A stretch of 64,000 nucleotides of DNA from Vezdaea acicularis (Eukaryota). The stretch lies in assembly GCA_026025075.1 (NCBI GenBank), contig JAPEUI010000034.1, positions 1 through 64,000 on the forward strand. Direction: 5' to 3'. The notes under the pieces are model-generated. The model searched no databases and was not told where the DNA came from. It saw only the letters and a list, made by a program, of their open reading frames with translations. The position numbers and the translations under genes were made by a program. Shown here one piece after another: positions 11,109 to 23,803 of this stretch; the stretch's first letter is position 1, and every line of letters starts with the position of its first letter.

Positions 11109-13315
11109 CTACCACTTCCCCTTTCCAGCTTTCTTCTTCTTCTTATTCGGCGCGCCCCCGCCTCCCGTCCCGCCCGTCTTCTCAACTTTGACACTCCCCG
11201 CGCCCCCCACCAACTCCAGTCTCTCCTTCTCCCCTTTCTCCTTCTCGCCCATGCCACCCCCTTGCGTCATCGCCGCCTGCTTCGCTTTCGCCTTCTTACC
11301 CCTTGGTCGGAACGAGCTCCTCTCCCGCATCGGCAGCCAGCGCTCTGGATCCACCACTTTGCCCTCTTCGTAGTCTTTGGGAAGGCGCGATTTGCGGAAG
11401 CGTTTCTTTGGCTGGGGAGGCTCTGCGCCGGCGGGGCCGGAGGAGGAGGGGTCAGCGAGACGCTTTTTCGTGCTGGCGGATTTGGTGCTGGAGGTGGTTG
11501 AGAGGGGAACGCCGGCGGCTTCGAGGGAGGCGGCGTCGATGCCTTTAGTCAGTTCCTCTATTTTGGGTAGGGAGGCGACGAGGGCTTGTGTGTCGTCGTC
11601 GGCGGTGGGACTGCTGGCGACGATGCCGGCGGCGGCGAGGGGGTCCTTGGGGTTTTGGGTGTGGAGGTGGCGGAAGAGGGTGTGGGCTTTTTGTTTGTCT
11701 TCGACTTGGGGGGAGGAGAGGAGGGCAAGGGCCGTAGCGCGGTAGAGAGAGTGGGGTTGTGGTTTGGCGGGTGGAGAGCGGCTTTGCCAGTAGGATGTGC
11801 TGGCTGACAGCGTTTTGCGGATCTCATTGTGGCGGCTTTGAGTCGTGTAGAGAGAGGTTAGGAGCGCTAGGAGGCCGGGGTTGTGGCGGATGTCTTGGTT
11901 GGCAGTATCGGAGAGCGAGGAGAGGCGTTCGAAGAAAGAGGTTAAGAGGGAAATGGCGGCGTTGTGGTTGGAAAGGGCCGTGTGGAGTTGGATGGCTGTG
12001 AGCAGTAGACCGATATTGAGGGGGTTTTTGGACAAGAGCAGTAGGATTGCGCAGAGGCCATCCTTGCCTGTAGCGTTTCTTGCATGCGCCGCAGCGTTGA
12101 TGACGCTAATAGCATTAGTAGTGGAGGAAAGCGTGGGAGATGGATGCTGAGATATGTGCCTAGACGTCGAGGAAACAACGCCGGCGTGTTTGAGGGAAAG
12201 GAGATCAATGAAATAAGCGTTATTTTGGAGGAGAACAGCTTGATAGGAGAACGGCAGCGCGGTGGGGAGAAGCGGTGGCGTGGAATGGAATAGGCGTTGC
12301 AGCAGATATGGGTTCGAGGCCTCCGCGGAAACGATTAGGGAGTTGTTTTGCCCTATGTTGCGGGTCGATAGGTCAGGAATACTTTGATAATTTTAGTATA
12401 AGCAGTTAGAAGCACCTCAACCACTACAAGTAGTCTTGACGTACGATGAGATTGCGATACTCGAATCCAGCTTCTTGGCTTCCTCCAGCTGACCCAACCT
12501 AATCAAGGCATATACTTCTTGGACGAGGATTGGGAGAAGCTCTGCTGCTTTCTCCTCGTTGTTTAGATCCGGAGAAGAGTCGCAAAGGTCTGACAACAGA
12601 GTCAGTTGACTTGGAAACTCATACACAGCAGTCACATCTACGGCTGACCTCTAGCCCTCTTGAGCAGGAGTCGACCTTGCCTGAATTCCCCTCTCGCGAT
12701 ATACCCACAGGCCGCATTGTAAGCTGTCTCGAAAGCTTCCAGATCCTCTCGATTAGGACTCTTCTTCTGCACCAAATCCCCTCGCCCTGACCATTCCAGC
12801 TGAGAGTCGATTGCGCCGCCGTTGATCCGGAGTTCATTTTCCTCTATTGATACCTCTGATCGTGAACTAGAAAGCTCTTGGTAGAGCTGCGCTACCCTCG
12901 GGAAACGTTCAAGCCGGTATGACTACCTCGTAATCAGTACATTTTAAACCCTGCCTTAGTCTATAAGGCCTCTTACAGCCTGAGCTTCCACGTGTTGTGC
13001 TCCCCTCCGTCCTTTACATTGCCGCGCAACCTCAATGGCATCCTCCAATCTTCCCGCTCTATACAAAGCATAAGCCCTCTCTAGTACTAGCTCAGCCTTA
13101 AGTTTGGTTCCGCCGTCTTCCAATGCTCGCAGGGCATTATCGTATTGTTCCAATTTCAGTAGAGCGACTACCTTGGCATGTTGCGCTTGGCTGTCGGATT
13201 TCGACTTTTTGAGAACTGCATTGGATGCTCTCAGCACTTCCTCATGATCTTCGAGAGCCGCTTGACTTAGGAGCTTGGTCAATGACTGCATGGCCAGGCT
13301 GTCAGCAGAGGCCAT
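11109..13315 (-). CDS. SRP72: Signal recognition particle subunit SRP72 (3 exons)
   Basis: N-terminal TPR-like region (HAKVVALLKLEQY), C-terminal RNA-binding motif LPKDYEEGKVVDPERWLPMRERSSFRP and lysine-rich tail ending KGKW. Confidence 0.93.
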
Positions 13316-13664
13316 GGTACAGTCTTAAAGGCGAAGATTATAGAATCATTGCGCCATGGATTGTTAGGGCGCACAGTTGGTGCTTTTTAGCGGGGATGAT
13401 CGTCGAAAAATGTTCTGCCCCACAGTGTACTTCGGGGGCCATAACAATGCCAAGCATAAGTGGAATTATTTGCAGATCTCAAATTTCACATGGAATTCAT
13501 TGCAATGCACCGATAACATATGAATTATAGCTATCCAAAATTCATGACCTTGCGATCCCTTCTCTGATCAAACGCCATCCCGTAGTAAGATTCGTAGTTC
13601 AACAAACCTCCCCCTTAGTCACGCCTAAACCTGACAACCTCAACGCCGCGTATGCAATTCCCTC

Positions 13665-15259
13665 CTAAGATGGAACTATCAAAGAATTTTTAGAAGCAGT
13701 GGACTCCACAGAAGAAATGCCGTTTGGTCCCGATGGTGAATGCTGTCGTGACGGTTGCCGCGAAGGAGTGGCGGGTCTACTCCTTTCCTTCTTGATAAAC
13801 GAGATGTTCTCTCTGAAGGCGACGTATTCTGTGTCAGCATAGCCCAGCACAGACTGAATCTCAGTTGACTGAAGACCCTTGATTCGAATAATCTCCGCAG
13901 CACTATAATTAACCAATGCGCGTCCAACTTCAACCTTTTCATCAAGGTCAGAGCCCGGCACTTTCTTCACTACCACCAGCCGGACCGCCTCTTGCTGGTT
14001 GAACGTTCCTGCCACAGCCACAACTCCAACTGGAAGAAGCCCTGCTTTCGCGGATAGTGCAACAAAACAACCTTCATCGATGAAGACTGTTCCATGCGGT
14101 GCTAGACCGTGGAGGAGCCAAAAATGACGATCTCGTATAGGCTCTGGATCGGGTAAGAATCGAGTATGAAGAGGTGGTTGTGGTAGGAGGCCGATTGATG
14201 AAACAGAACCAGAAAGGGAATCGTCTCCGGATAGGCTCACTGGTGGAAGGCCAGGAGAGCCTGCAGGCGAGCCTTTGAGGCTTTGTACGTATTTGACTAT
14301 GTTTGCAATATTCCCTGGGCGCGATGACCGCGTAATCACCGTTGTGACACCAGCGGAAGTTGCGAGGCGTGCTGCCGTGATCTTCGTAGACATACCACCA
14401 GTGCCAAGACTCGAGCCCGCAGAGGAAACTAGCAACGTGAGCAAGCTTCTAAGGCAAGGTAGGGAGGAAGCTAATACCATCTACTTCTAGAGAAGAGATG
14501 TCTTCTACGACCTCGATTGCCTTGGCGTCGGGATTAGTCCGTGGATTCTTGGTATACAGGCAGTCCACATCTGTCATTAGAAACAGATAGTCGGCTTGAA
14601 CCATTGCCGCAGTAATGGCAGAGAGGGTGTCGTTGTCTCCGAATTTGATTTCCTGATGAAAGATTGGCAAATACCCCCAACCATAGCGGGGCGACTCTAG
14701 TTAATACATACGGAAACAGCTACAGTGTCATTTTCGTTGACTATTGGAATCACGCCCATAGTAAGCAGCTCATTCAGGGTGTTTTGCGCATTGAGGTATT
14801 GCGATCTCTATCACTTTACATTAGTGATGTTGCCTTTGTTCCCAGTATATAAGCTACACTTACATCTGCAATGTCATTCCTGGTCAGAAGAATTTGTGCA
14901 ACAGGCTGCTGAAGATGGCCAAATAGACTGTCCCAGAGACTCATAAGTCTACACTGCCCTACAGCAGCAAGAGCTTGAATGCGTGGTAGGTTTTTGGGCC
15001 GTTTCGACATGTCCATTCTCCTAAGCCCTACGCCGATGGCGCCAGAAGAGACTAGGATTACCTTGTGGCCATCTTTATGTAACTTTACTGCCGTCTCCAC
15101 AATCAAGGAGAGAATGGACAGAAGGGGCTCATATGTTGTTTCGTCGACGATCGAGCTCGTACCTGGATTTGAAAAAGAGTCATAAGCAAACTTCGAAGCA
15201 TCAGGAGTAAGAGACCAACCGAGCTTTATGACGATGGTGAGATGCCTATGCCTCCGCAT
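13665..15259 (-). CDS. PRO1: Glutamate 5-kinase with PUA domain (5 exons)
   Basis: [48 protein letters not shown] motifs. Confidence 0.95.
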
Positions 15260-15609
15260 CTTGTTCACCAGTGTCCTAACGGTCGTCTCCAGTACGAAAT
15301 AGGGTTGGAGGTACCGCTCACATTTAAGTAGTAACTCCCATGTCAGCAAGGTCGTGGCACCATCCTTCGTTCGCGCCAACGACTAGAAAAATCCTGTGCG
15401 CTTTCGCGACCAGTCTCGTTCAACATTTTTTTTCGCGGAAGACAATAATCCGCCTTTCACCGCCTTTGCTGCTGTCCAATCATTAAGCACCGCAAATCGC
15501 GATCATCCCTGTAACCAGAAGTTCACTCTCCGGGATCGGTGCGGATACAGAAGTCAAAACTTCGGTAGCTTCGTCTTAACCTTCTTCCTTAGACTTTCCG
15601 CATTCTGCA

Positions 15610-16421
15610 ATGGATTCCTCGCGGCCGCCTGAGGACCAAAATAGCCCTAACGCGGCACCTTCAAAAGAAACAGGCTACACGCCTGGCGACACGTTCTCGA
15701 TACGATGGAAAAATACTCTTGCACTTCTCTCGGGAGGCCTTACGCCGGAAGGGCGCGTCCAGTACAAAGCTGCACGCGACCTTCGATACGAACAGTCCGA
15801 CTGCGAGCGGTGTGAGAAGTTCAGAGACCATCTCTTCCGACATTCGCCAATTGTACGCTTCATGCGCGAGAACGTGGCCAAACTTCACGGCGACCTGAAT
15901 GAGTCCAATGTCACCTGCCGAAGATGCCCAATCGACGAAGGGTTCCAGCGAAGAGGCGGTGGCTTCAGTCCTGACCATGGTATCCAGATTTGTGCCAACG
16001 AGGTCAGGAATAGGGGCCACCTAGAGGACACACTAGCGCATGAAATGGTGCACGCGTACGACCATATGAGGTTCGAGGTGGATTTTACAGGAGACTCGGG
16101 CTCTCTGCGGCAAGCAGCCTGCTCTGAGGTAATACAAATCCTACCAAAAAGCAATCACTTGCGACATGTCTAATACGTGGCCCGGTTGAGTAGATTAGAG
16201 CAAGTACCCTGTCTGGCGAGTGTCGATGGACTCGAGAATTCTTCACAAGGAGGCAATGGCGACTCACAAGGCAACATCAAGAATGTGTAAGGCGGAGGGC
16301 CATCTTAAGCATAATGGCTAGACCGAGATGTAAAGGTTATGAAGACGCAAGAAAAGCAGTGGACGAAGTATGGGAAAGTTGCTATTTAGACACCCGGCCT
16401 TTCGATGAGGTCTATCGATGA
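15610..16421 (+). CDS. ATP23: Mitochondrial inner membrane metalloprotease Atp23 (2 exons)
   Basis: [15 protein letters not shown] (HExxH), AACSEIRAS, C-terminal [13 protein letters not shown]. Confidence 0.95.
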
Positions 16422-16659
16422 TAGGTGGTTGAGGTAGGAACCTACCAATTACCATTTTTCCGTGCACAAAACTAACAGAGTTCACTTTAGACTCTTTGCA
16501 ATGGGAGAACATATTTAGGATCATCATCATTGCATTAAAGAGCGAGGCAGGAAAGGACATCAATCAACTCCTAGCGCAATGCGTTCCATCCAACAAGTCC
16601 AAACGCCATCGCTATAGATCTGTAATCTAGTGCGTTGTCAGATCAGCTACTATTGACGC

Positions 16660-18003
16660 CTACTCCTTGTTGCCAGAGCTCCGTTGATAGGCCCGCTCCC
16701 CCTTAACACAGTGTTTGACGATCCAGGGATGTTGTTGGACCTCTTCAAGGGGGATTCTCTTTTCCGGGTCAAGCACTAAAAGCTACGTTCTACGTTAGCC
16801 CAATTTCCGAAGCTCGAAAGTCTCGTTTGACTTACACGTTTGATCAAGTCTTTAGCTTCAGCGCTCACGTAGGGTGGAACGGTCATCTCTCCTCTTGCAA
16901 TTCTCCTTTGAGTCATGACTGGAGTATCTTCAAAAGGCGCCTCTCCAACCAAGAATTCGTAAGTCAAGACGCCTAGACTCCACAAGTCCACTTTCTCACT
17001 GTAGAAGTTCTCTTGGCTACCAGGTTTGATCATTTCGGGTGGCAGGTAATCCAATGTCCCACACATGGTATTGCGACGGTTATTAGGAGCGTGAACACTC
17101 CATCCGAAGTCAGAAATTTTGATCTCTCCATGGATGCCCACGAGGATGTTTTCTGGCTTGATATCACGATGCATGACGTGTTTTTTATGCAGATATTTCA
17201 GAGCGGCTGCCATCTGGGCGATGTATTGCGCAGCCTTCCACTCTGGGAAGCGGTTCTCGCGGCGAAGGTGTTTATAAAGCTCTCCCTTTCCGGCAAACTC
17301 AAGAATGAGGAAGACCCGTTTGCTATCATGAAAGTGTCCGTATAATCGAAGGATATTCGGGTGCCGCAAGTTGCTCTGGATCTCTATTTCTCGTCGTAGC
17401 TGCTTTTCGACCTTTCCCTGCTGCAGCTCGTTCTTATGTAGCACCTTCAGGGCACAGACAAATCCTGTGCTTCGTTCTTTAGCCAAGTACACCCGACCGA
17501 ATTTGCCCTTGCCAAGAGGCCGACCGATCTCAAACATGCCCAGATGGAACTTCTTTGGTGGGCTAGGTTGGTCATACAATGGATTCGAAAGGCGCTCAAG
17601 TGCGGTCTCATCAGAGCTTCGAGAGGAGGTAGAGCCGTTGATGGCTTTGCGAGGTGGGGAGGGAGCTGGTGGAGGCATGTTCGCTCCTCGCCATTGCGCT
17701 GCTTGAGAAGGCACAGTGACCTGTGTAATAGTAGCCGTACTGTTGATGTTCTGGTTCGTATTTTGAAGCGCCATCTTGAGGAGATTCGGACGATTTTGGT
17801 TCGCTGTCAATTGCGTGCTAGAACCCAGTCCAGTCAAGGACATCGCGGTAGACAATGAACCCTACAATTCGTCAATAACGATAATCTCAGGGTGATACTA
17901 CACATATTACTTTTGACTTATAGCCTCCAGCGCTACTGGCCGGTTCGTTCTCATCATTGACTGACATACGCTCGAAGCGGGCTTCTAATCCTTTAGTCGC
18001 CAT
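16660..18003 (-). CDS. IPL1: Aurora kinase (3 exons)
   Basis: [69 protein letters not shown]. Confidence 0.97.
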
Positions 18004-18385
18004 CGGCGAGAAAAGCTTCGCTGATTTACGCTTATCGCAACGAAGCAGTCCTCGAGAGAAGAAGGGGATATTAATAATTGGCGATTGAGGCTGTTGTCGT
18101 AATTCTGACCCGTTCCCGCGAATAGCTGAAAATCTAATCGAGTGGGTCGACACTTCTGGAGATAGGATTTCGAAGGCAGTCAACAACAGAAGCGATCTTC
18201 CGTCGCCCAGGCAACAAGCTCGCTTGCACTCAAGGATGATCAATCTTCGCGACCGTCCGTGCCGTCGTATGGTGGGGCAAAACGAAAAGTCGCAGAAAGA
18301 TTATCCAGGACTTACAAGGCCATCAATTTCAAAAAAGCTATATGAGGTGACTCAGGATTGGCTCCATCATTCTGGAGGTTTCGCG

Positions 18386-19322
18386 ATGACTACGGAAAGC
18401 ACGCCTAATGGTACCAATACGACACTCAGGCCTGCAGATGTCGACAATTCGATTACTCGGCATGGCTTCAAGATCACCACGCGTAAATTACCGATACTAA
18501 AGGCTGGTCCTATTGAGGAGATGACATCGATGCTAGGAATTACACCACCCGAAATGATCTTTGGTGATAATCTAGCGTCCATAACTCATGAAGCTACGGG
18601 ATGGGCAATCGAATTCAATGCATTCGATGGGTTGGATATGGTGGATAAGACTGGGGAGGCTATGTTGAAGGTCGCGTACTCGCGGGAATGGCAAAGGAAT
18701 AGGTCGGTCCGATGAATACGAGCCTTATGCCGGTCTAGGGGCTAAAGCTCATGTAGAGAGACAGTGCATGAAGGTATTAAGGAGGTTGTCAAGCCCTTCG
18801 ACTGGTCCTATACGACAGCATACAAGGGCACTGCGTCTACATCCCCAGTCCACTTTTCCCCAACAAGCACTCCGATACCTCTAGAGCTCCTTAGACGACC
18901 AGACCCAATTCTATTCTTTGACGAGGTCATGCTGTACGAAGACGAGTTGGCGGACAATGGAACCGCAATGCTCTCTTGTAAGATTCGGGTAATGCCCACA
19001 CGGCTGTTGCTGCTTTGCAGATTCTTCATGCGCCTTGACAATGTTCTATTCCGTATTAGGGATACAAGGGTCTATGTGGAGTTTGAGAGTGGTGAAATTA
19101 TTAGGGAATATACGGCCAGGGAGGAGGAATTCGAGAAAGTTAGAGAGGTATGTGCTCCGCTCGACACAACTGTCGCACGATACTATTGTACTTACCTTGA
19201 ATTATCGCTAGAAACTCGCTCTCACCAGAGAAGATGTGCCGGCGCTGATGCGGGATCCGAATAAACTTTCCGAGATCCTGCCTATAGTGGACCGGTCCTT
19301 GGAAAGCGTTAAATTGACATGA
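18386..19322 (+). CDS. TIP41: TOR/PP2A regulator Tip41 (3 exons)
   Basis: PPEMIFGDN, VVKPFDWSYTT.YKGT, LYEDELADNG, RFFMRLDNVLFRIRDTR. Confidence 0.95.
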
Positions 19323-19619
19323 TCTTCAGCTCTAACAATAACTCCTTCCAAAGCTCCTCTCGAATGGGATATATAACATTAGCGTGATCTCTATTGCTTA
19401 GCAACTGGCGCACTGGCGTGTCGTATCAAGACAAGGTGCGCATATCTCTCGTAGCTATTTGACTCATAAGGCATGAGCGAAGTCATTTTGCTGGCTTCAT
19501 AGAAGACCAAGTAGTTGGCTAGGCGTCTCTATCTAGCTAATTCGGGTGGCACAGTATTGCTTCATGTTAATGAAGACTGCGGAGCAAAATGAAAACTTTA
19601 CTTTAATAACCCAACCTGT

Positions 19620-20840
19620 CTATGACCCCGTTGATTTATCTTCTAAAATGGCCAATGGCTCATTAATACCTCTACTCTGCACAAGTACCGTATCCGCTCG
19701 TTCTAACGGATTAAAGCCAACGGCACCCTTCGAAATCATGCCGTCTGGGATTTTGCTCAGTTCTTGAATCGTCCTCCTCTGATAAGCGACTACTTGCGCC
19801 AACTTAACAGCATCTGTGTCCTCGGCTCCCTGGAAGACATTTCTCCAAACCGCTGACGCCAATACTGCGTCGTTCTTCACGAGGCCCTCATCATATGCCG
19901 CAAATGCGCCTCTATATTGTATGAAAACATCTTTGAGATACGATTGCCGTACCATACGGGACACCATTCCATGGTAAAGAGTCATCCGGCGTTCGCAGTC
20001 GAAGAAAAAATGGTCGAGAAGATTCTGTTGATATTGGGAGAGGGCATTTGCTGGGAACATCCGGAAGCGGGTAACGAGGAGGTGCATGTGAAGAATCGTA
20101 ATTTGTGCCCAAACATTAAATGTAGGTTTGAGACTCAGCTCGTGCAGCCACGGGCCCTCAGCAATACCAAGCTCTTCTCCTGATTCTGTTGTGGGCGTAG
20201 GCTTTTCAGGGTTATGCTCGATCTTGTACGAACCCAAAGCTGCGCACCTTTTATACATGTCCTCGGTTGCACCGTATGCACTGTAAGTATCAATATGCTC
20301 GATATCCTTGCCAACTCCGAGTGCATCTCGGGCACGCTTTACAAGCTTTGTACTGATCTTCTGGCTCTTCATCAAGCTATCAGAAGGCTGTTTCGAGTAA
20401 AGGCTATCCACACGCCTCCTTAATGGGTCGTCTGGAGGGAGCTTATCGATTGTTTGCCTGATTGGGTCATTGGGGGGTAGTTCATCCATGAATTCTTTGA
20501 ATTGCACGTCGGGAGGAAGCTGATCTAAAATGTCCTGCATTTCCTTTTCAAGAGAAGCAGTGTCCTCCTCCGCTTTTCCTGAGGACTCCAAGCTCTGAGG
20601 AGTACGATTTTGAGGAGACGCCACAGGTTTCGAAGCCTGAGCCGCATTGAGCCTTAATGATCTGCTCCCAAACGATCTATGGACGTTTGGTGCGATATGT
20701 AAAGCCCCACTGGTCTTTGTGATTGTTAGCCTGCTTGATTGAGTGCTGTACATGCTATGGAGCATACGTACTCGCCGAACAGGATGAGTCTTCCTTTGGA
20801 GTATCTCCAAGCACCTTGTGGAGGCTCTTCTGGAAGCCAT
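19620..20840 (-). CDS. CBP3: Cytochrome b assembly chaperone Cbp3 (mitochondrial)
   Basis: Arg-rich presequence from MASRRAST; PTFNVWAQITILHM, QYRG..AAYDEGLVKNDAVLASAVWRNVF. Confidence 0.92.
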   Translation of the reverse strand: MASRRASTRCLEILQRKTHPVRRVRMLHSMYSTQSSRLTITKTSGALHIAPNVHRSFGSRSLRLNAAQASKPVASPQNRTPQSLESSGKAEEDTASLEKEMQDILDQLPPDVQFKEFMDELPPNDPIRQTIDKLPPDDPLRRRVDSLYSKQPSDSLMKSQKISTKLVKRARDALGVGKDIEHIDTYSAYGATEDMYKRCAALGSYKIEHNPEKPTPTTESGEELGIAEGPWLHELSLKPTFNVWAQITILHMHLLVTRFRMFPANALSQYQQNLLDHFFFDCERRMTLYHGMVSRMVRQSYLKDVFIQYRGAFAAYDEGLVKNDAVLASAVWRNVFQGAEDTDAVKLAQVVAYQRRTIQELSKIPDGMISKGAVGFNPLERADTVLVQSRGINEPLAILEDKSTGS

Positions 20841-21405
20841 ACCTGCGGTTAGCTTGTATGAGAACGGCAAAACCGAGTTCATGACGCGAGACGACATGCA
20901 TTTCGCGACCCAAATTTTTAGTATGCGCAAGTGGTAGCTGAAGGTCACCGTAGGGAGGAAGTACGGCAGGCCACTCCGCCCCAGACTTCAGGCGCATTTT
21001 TGATCTGAGTGGCGCAACTGGGTACCTCTGCATTGTACCATCAATTGATTACCTCAGAAGCTGATATAAGTGCCGGACTCGTCGCGCATCAGCCGACTCT
21101 TGTTAACGCTGCCTCAATATTTAATCTTGTAGGCCGGGGTGACTTGACGCTCAGACTGTCCAGTGTCAACTACTGGAGGATTACCGCATCAGGGTTAGTA
21201 CGATGTTCAGGACTCGACACTACATAGCTACTTTGAAGATGCAGATTCAATTATCCTCACCACTCACCTATTGACCCGTGATCTCATGTGTCACAAGCCT
21301 TTGAACCCAACTTAACCCCTAAAAGCTCCTTACGGTGCCCCTGAACCCGTTGAGCTGAGTAGATTGTAGTGCCTTGTTTGACACGCGTGTAGCATCTGCT
21401 CTTTT

Positions 21406-23486
21406 ATGAGTTGGTCGTTATACAGACCCAGGAGAAATATTCTCATTCGCTGCGGTCTCCGTACTAATTGCGGTTCTGAAGTTAGATCACGACTCTATCC
21501 AAGTATGGTATTGCAAAAAATGACCATCTCGGCGCTATCTCGTAGAGATCCAAACACCCAGTCTAATTATGATACCTACGTCACAAAGCATACGACTGCT
21601 AATTTTGGTGTCAATTTCGCAGAGAGAAAGCTTGAAGGCAGCGTTACTCTGGACCTCCAAAAGATCAGTAAAGATAGTGGCCACCAAATTCTGTTAGACA
21701 CAAGCCACCTTGAAATTACAGCTGTCCGGGTTGCCAGTCGAGAGGTAGCCAATTGGGAGGTTGCAGATCATAATGGCATCTATGGCAGTCTGCTAAAGAT
21801 TGTCCTGAGTGAGTCTTTCGACTATGGCGACTTAGCCAAAGTCACTATTGACTTAAAGACGACGGATAAATGTACAGCTTTACAATGGCTAACTCCAAGA
21901 CAAACATCAAACAAAAAGCATCCATACATGTTCTCTCAATGTCAAGCCATACATGCTCGATCTTTGTTTCCCTGTCAAGACACACCTGATGTGAAGTCCA
22001 CTTACGAATTTAACATTCGTTCTCCTTTACCCGTCATCACCAGTGGGCTCTCTACGGGAGCGAAAGACTACCTGCCCGGGGAGGCAGGCAGTCAAGGCAG
22101 TCTTCTATACACTTTTAAGCAATCTGTCCCCATTCCGAGCTACCTGTTCGCTATAGCAAGTGGGGATATAGCCGTCGCCTCAATAGGGCCTCGCAGTAGC
22201 GTCGCTACCGGACCCGAGGAGATTCAAGGGGCAAAATGGGAACTTGAGAAGGATACAGAGTCATTCATAGAGATAGCAGAAAAGCTTATCTACCCTTACG
22301 CTTGGACTACGTATAATGTTCTTATATTACCACCTAGCTTCCCATACGGTGGTATGGAAAATCCAGTCTTCACGTTTGCAACGCCGACAATCATTTCAGG
22401 AGACAGGGAGAACGTTGACGTTATTGCGCACGAGCTGTCTCATAGCTGGAGTGGGAACTTGGTTAGCAATGCCTCGTGGGAGCACTTTTGGCTCAATGAA
22501 GGATGGACAACATATCTTGAGCGTCGAATTCAAGCCGCGCTGCACGGTGAAGCGCATCGTGACTTCTCTGCCATCATCGGTTGGAAGGCTTTGACGGATT
22601 CTATCCATGAGTATGGAGAGAATCATGAATTTACGAAGCTGGTGATTGATTTGAAAGGCAAAGACCCGGATGATGCGTTCTCGTCGGTTCCCTACGAAAA
22701 GGGGTCCACGTTCCTGTATTATCTAGAGAAACTGCTTAGCAGGGGAAAATGGGATAAGTTCATCCCACATGTAAGCATTATTGATTTCATTTAGAGCCAT
22801 CTCTCACTAACGAGCCTTCCAAGTACTTCACCAAGTACAGGGAAAGGTCGGTAGATTCATTCGAGTTCAAAGCGACGCTTATTTCCTTCTTCAATTCTGA
22901 TCCAGTCGCCTCAAAAGCTTTAGAGAAGCTTGATTGGGACACTTGGTTCTACAAGCCCGGGTTCCCACCGAAGCCTGATTTCGAAACATCATTGGTTGAT
23001 GTGTGCTATGCTTTAGCGGACAAATGGGAGGCGATAGCCTCGAATGGCTTCAAGCCCAGCCTTGGAGACATTGAAGCCTGGACAGGAAACCAAGTTGTGG
23101 TTTTTCTCGAACGAGTTCAATTGTTCGAGGCCCCACTAAAGAAGAGTGATGTCGAGACCATGGGGAAAACCTATAGATTCACGAGTAGTAAAAACGTCGA
23201 GATTGTAAGTCGATATTACAACGTCGGGTTAAGGGCAAGGGACGAACGAGTCTACCAGCCGACCGCGGATCTGCTAGGAACCGTTGGAAGAATGAAGTTC
23301 GTGCGACCACTGTAAGTAATCTAATCACTCATCTACTGGATCCCTGCTAATGAACATGCTAAAAGCTTCCGATTGCTCAACCAAGTCGATAGAAACTTGG
23401 CTGTCGCAACGTTCGAGAAGAATAAGGATTTCTACCATCCGATCTGTAGGGCAATGGTGGAAAAAGATCTCTTCGGTGAAAAATAG
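21406..23486 (+). CDS. LAP2: Leukotriene A4 hydrolase / M1 aminopeptidase (3 exons; alternative ATGs at 21406, 21505, 21520)
   Basis: [27 protein letters not shown] (GAMEN-type), [13 protein letters not shown]...[13 protein letters not shown]. Confidence 0.96.
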
Positions 23487-23803
23487 TGCATCATATACGT
23501 AAAATGCGTCAATCGAGCTGTTGACAAGAATTGATCTTTTTCTTTGTAGCTCTTGAAGGTAGGTTAAAGTAGGCAGATAGCACGCCATAGTCCAATAAGT
23601 TATTGGTCTCATCGCAGACAACGTTACAGTGCCTCCCAGACAAGAAGTGATAGCTGGGAGCCTGTTCGCGATTTGCTCTTCGCAGGCTTCGAGCCAATCA
23701 CACAGCCCCATAAGCCTCCATATCCGCCAGCGAAACGCCATAAGCACGCCACTAAGCCAATCCAGTTATGCAACGAGCAAACCATTCAAAACGCCCCTTT
23801 CCA

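Noticed and set aside
11188..12293. Many overlapping + strand ORFs antisense to SRP72 (similar ones over PDS5, SGF73 and the sororin-like gene)
   Set aside because: Shadow ORFs caused by GC-rich, skewed or low-complexity coding sequence; no protein motifs
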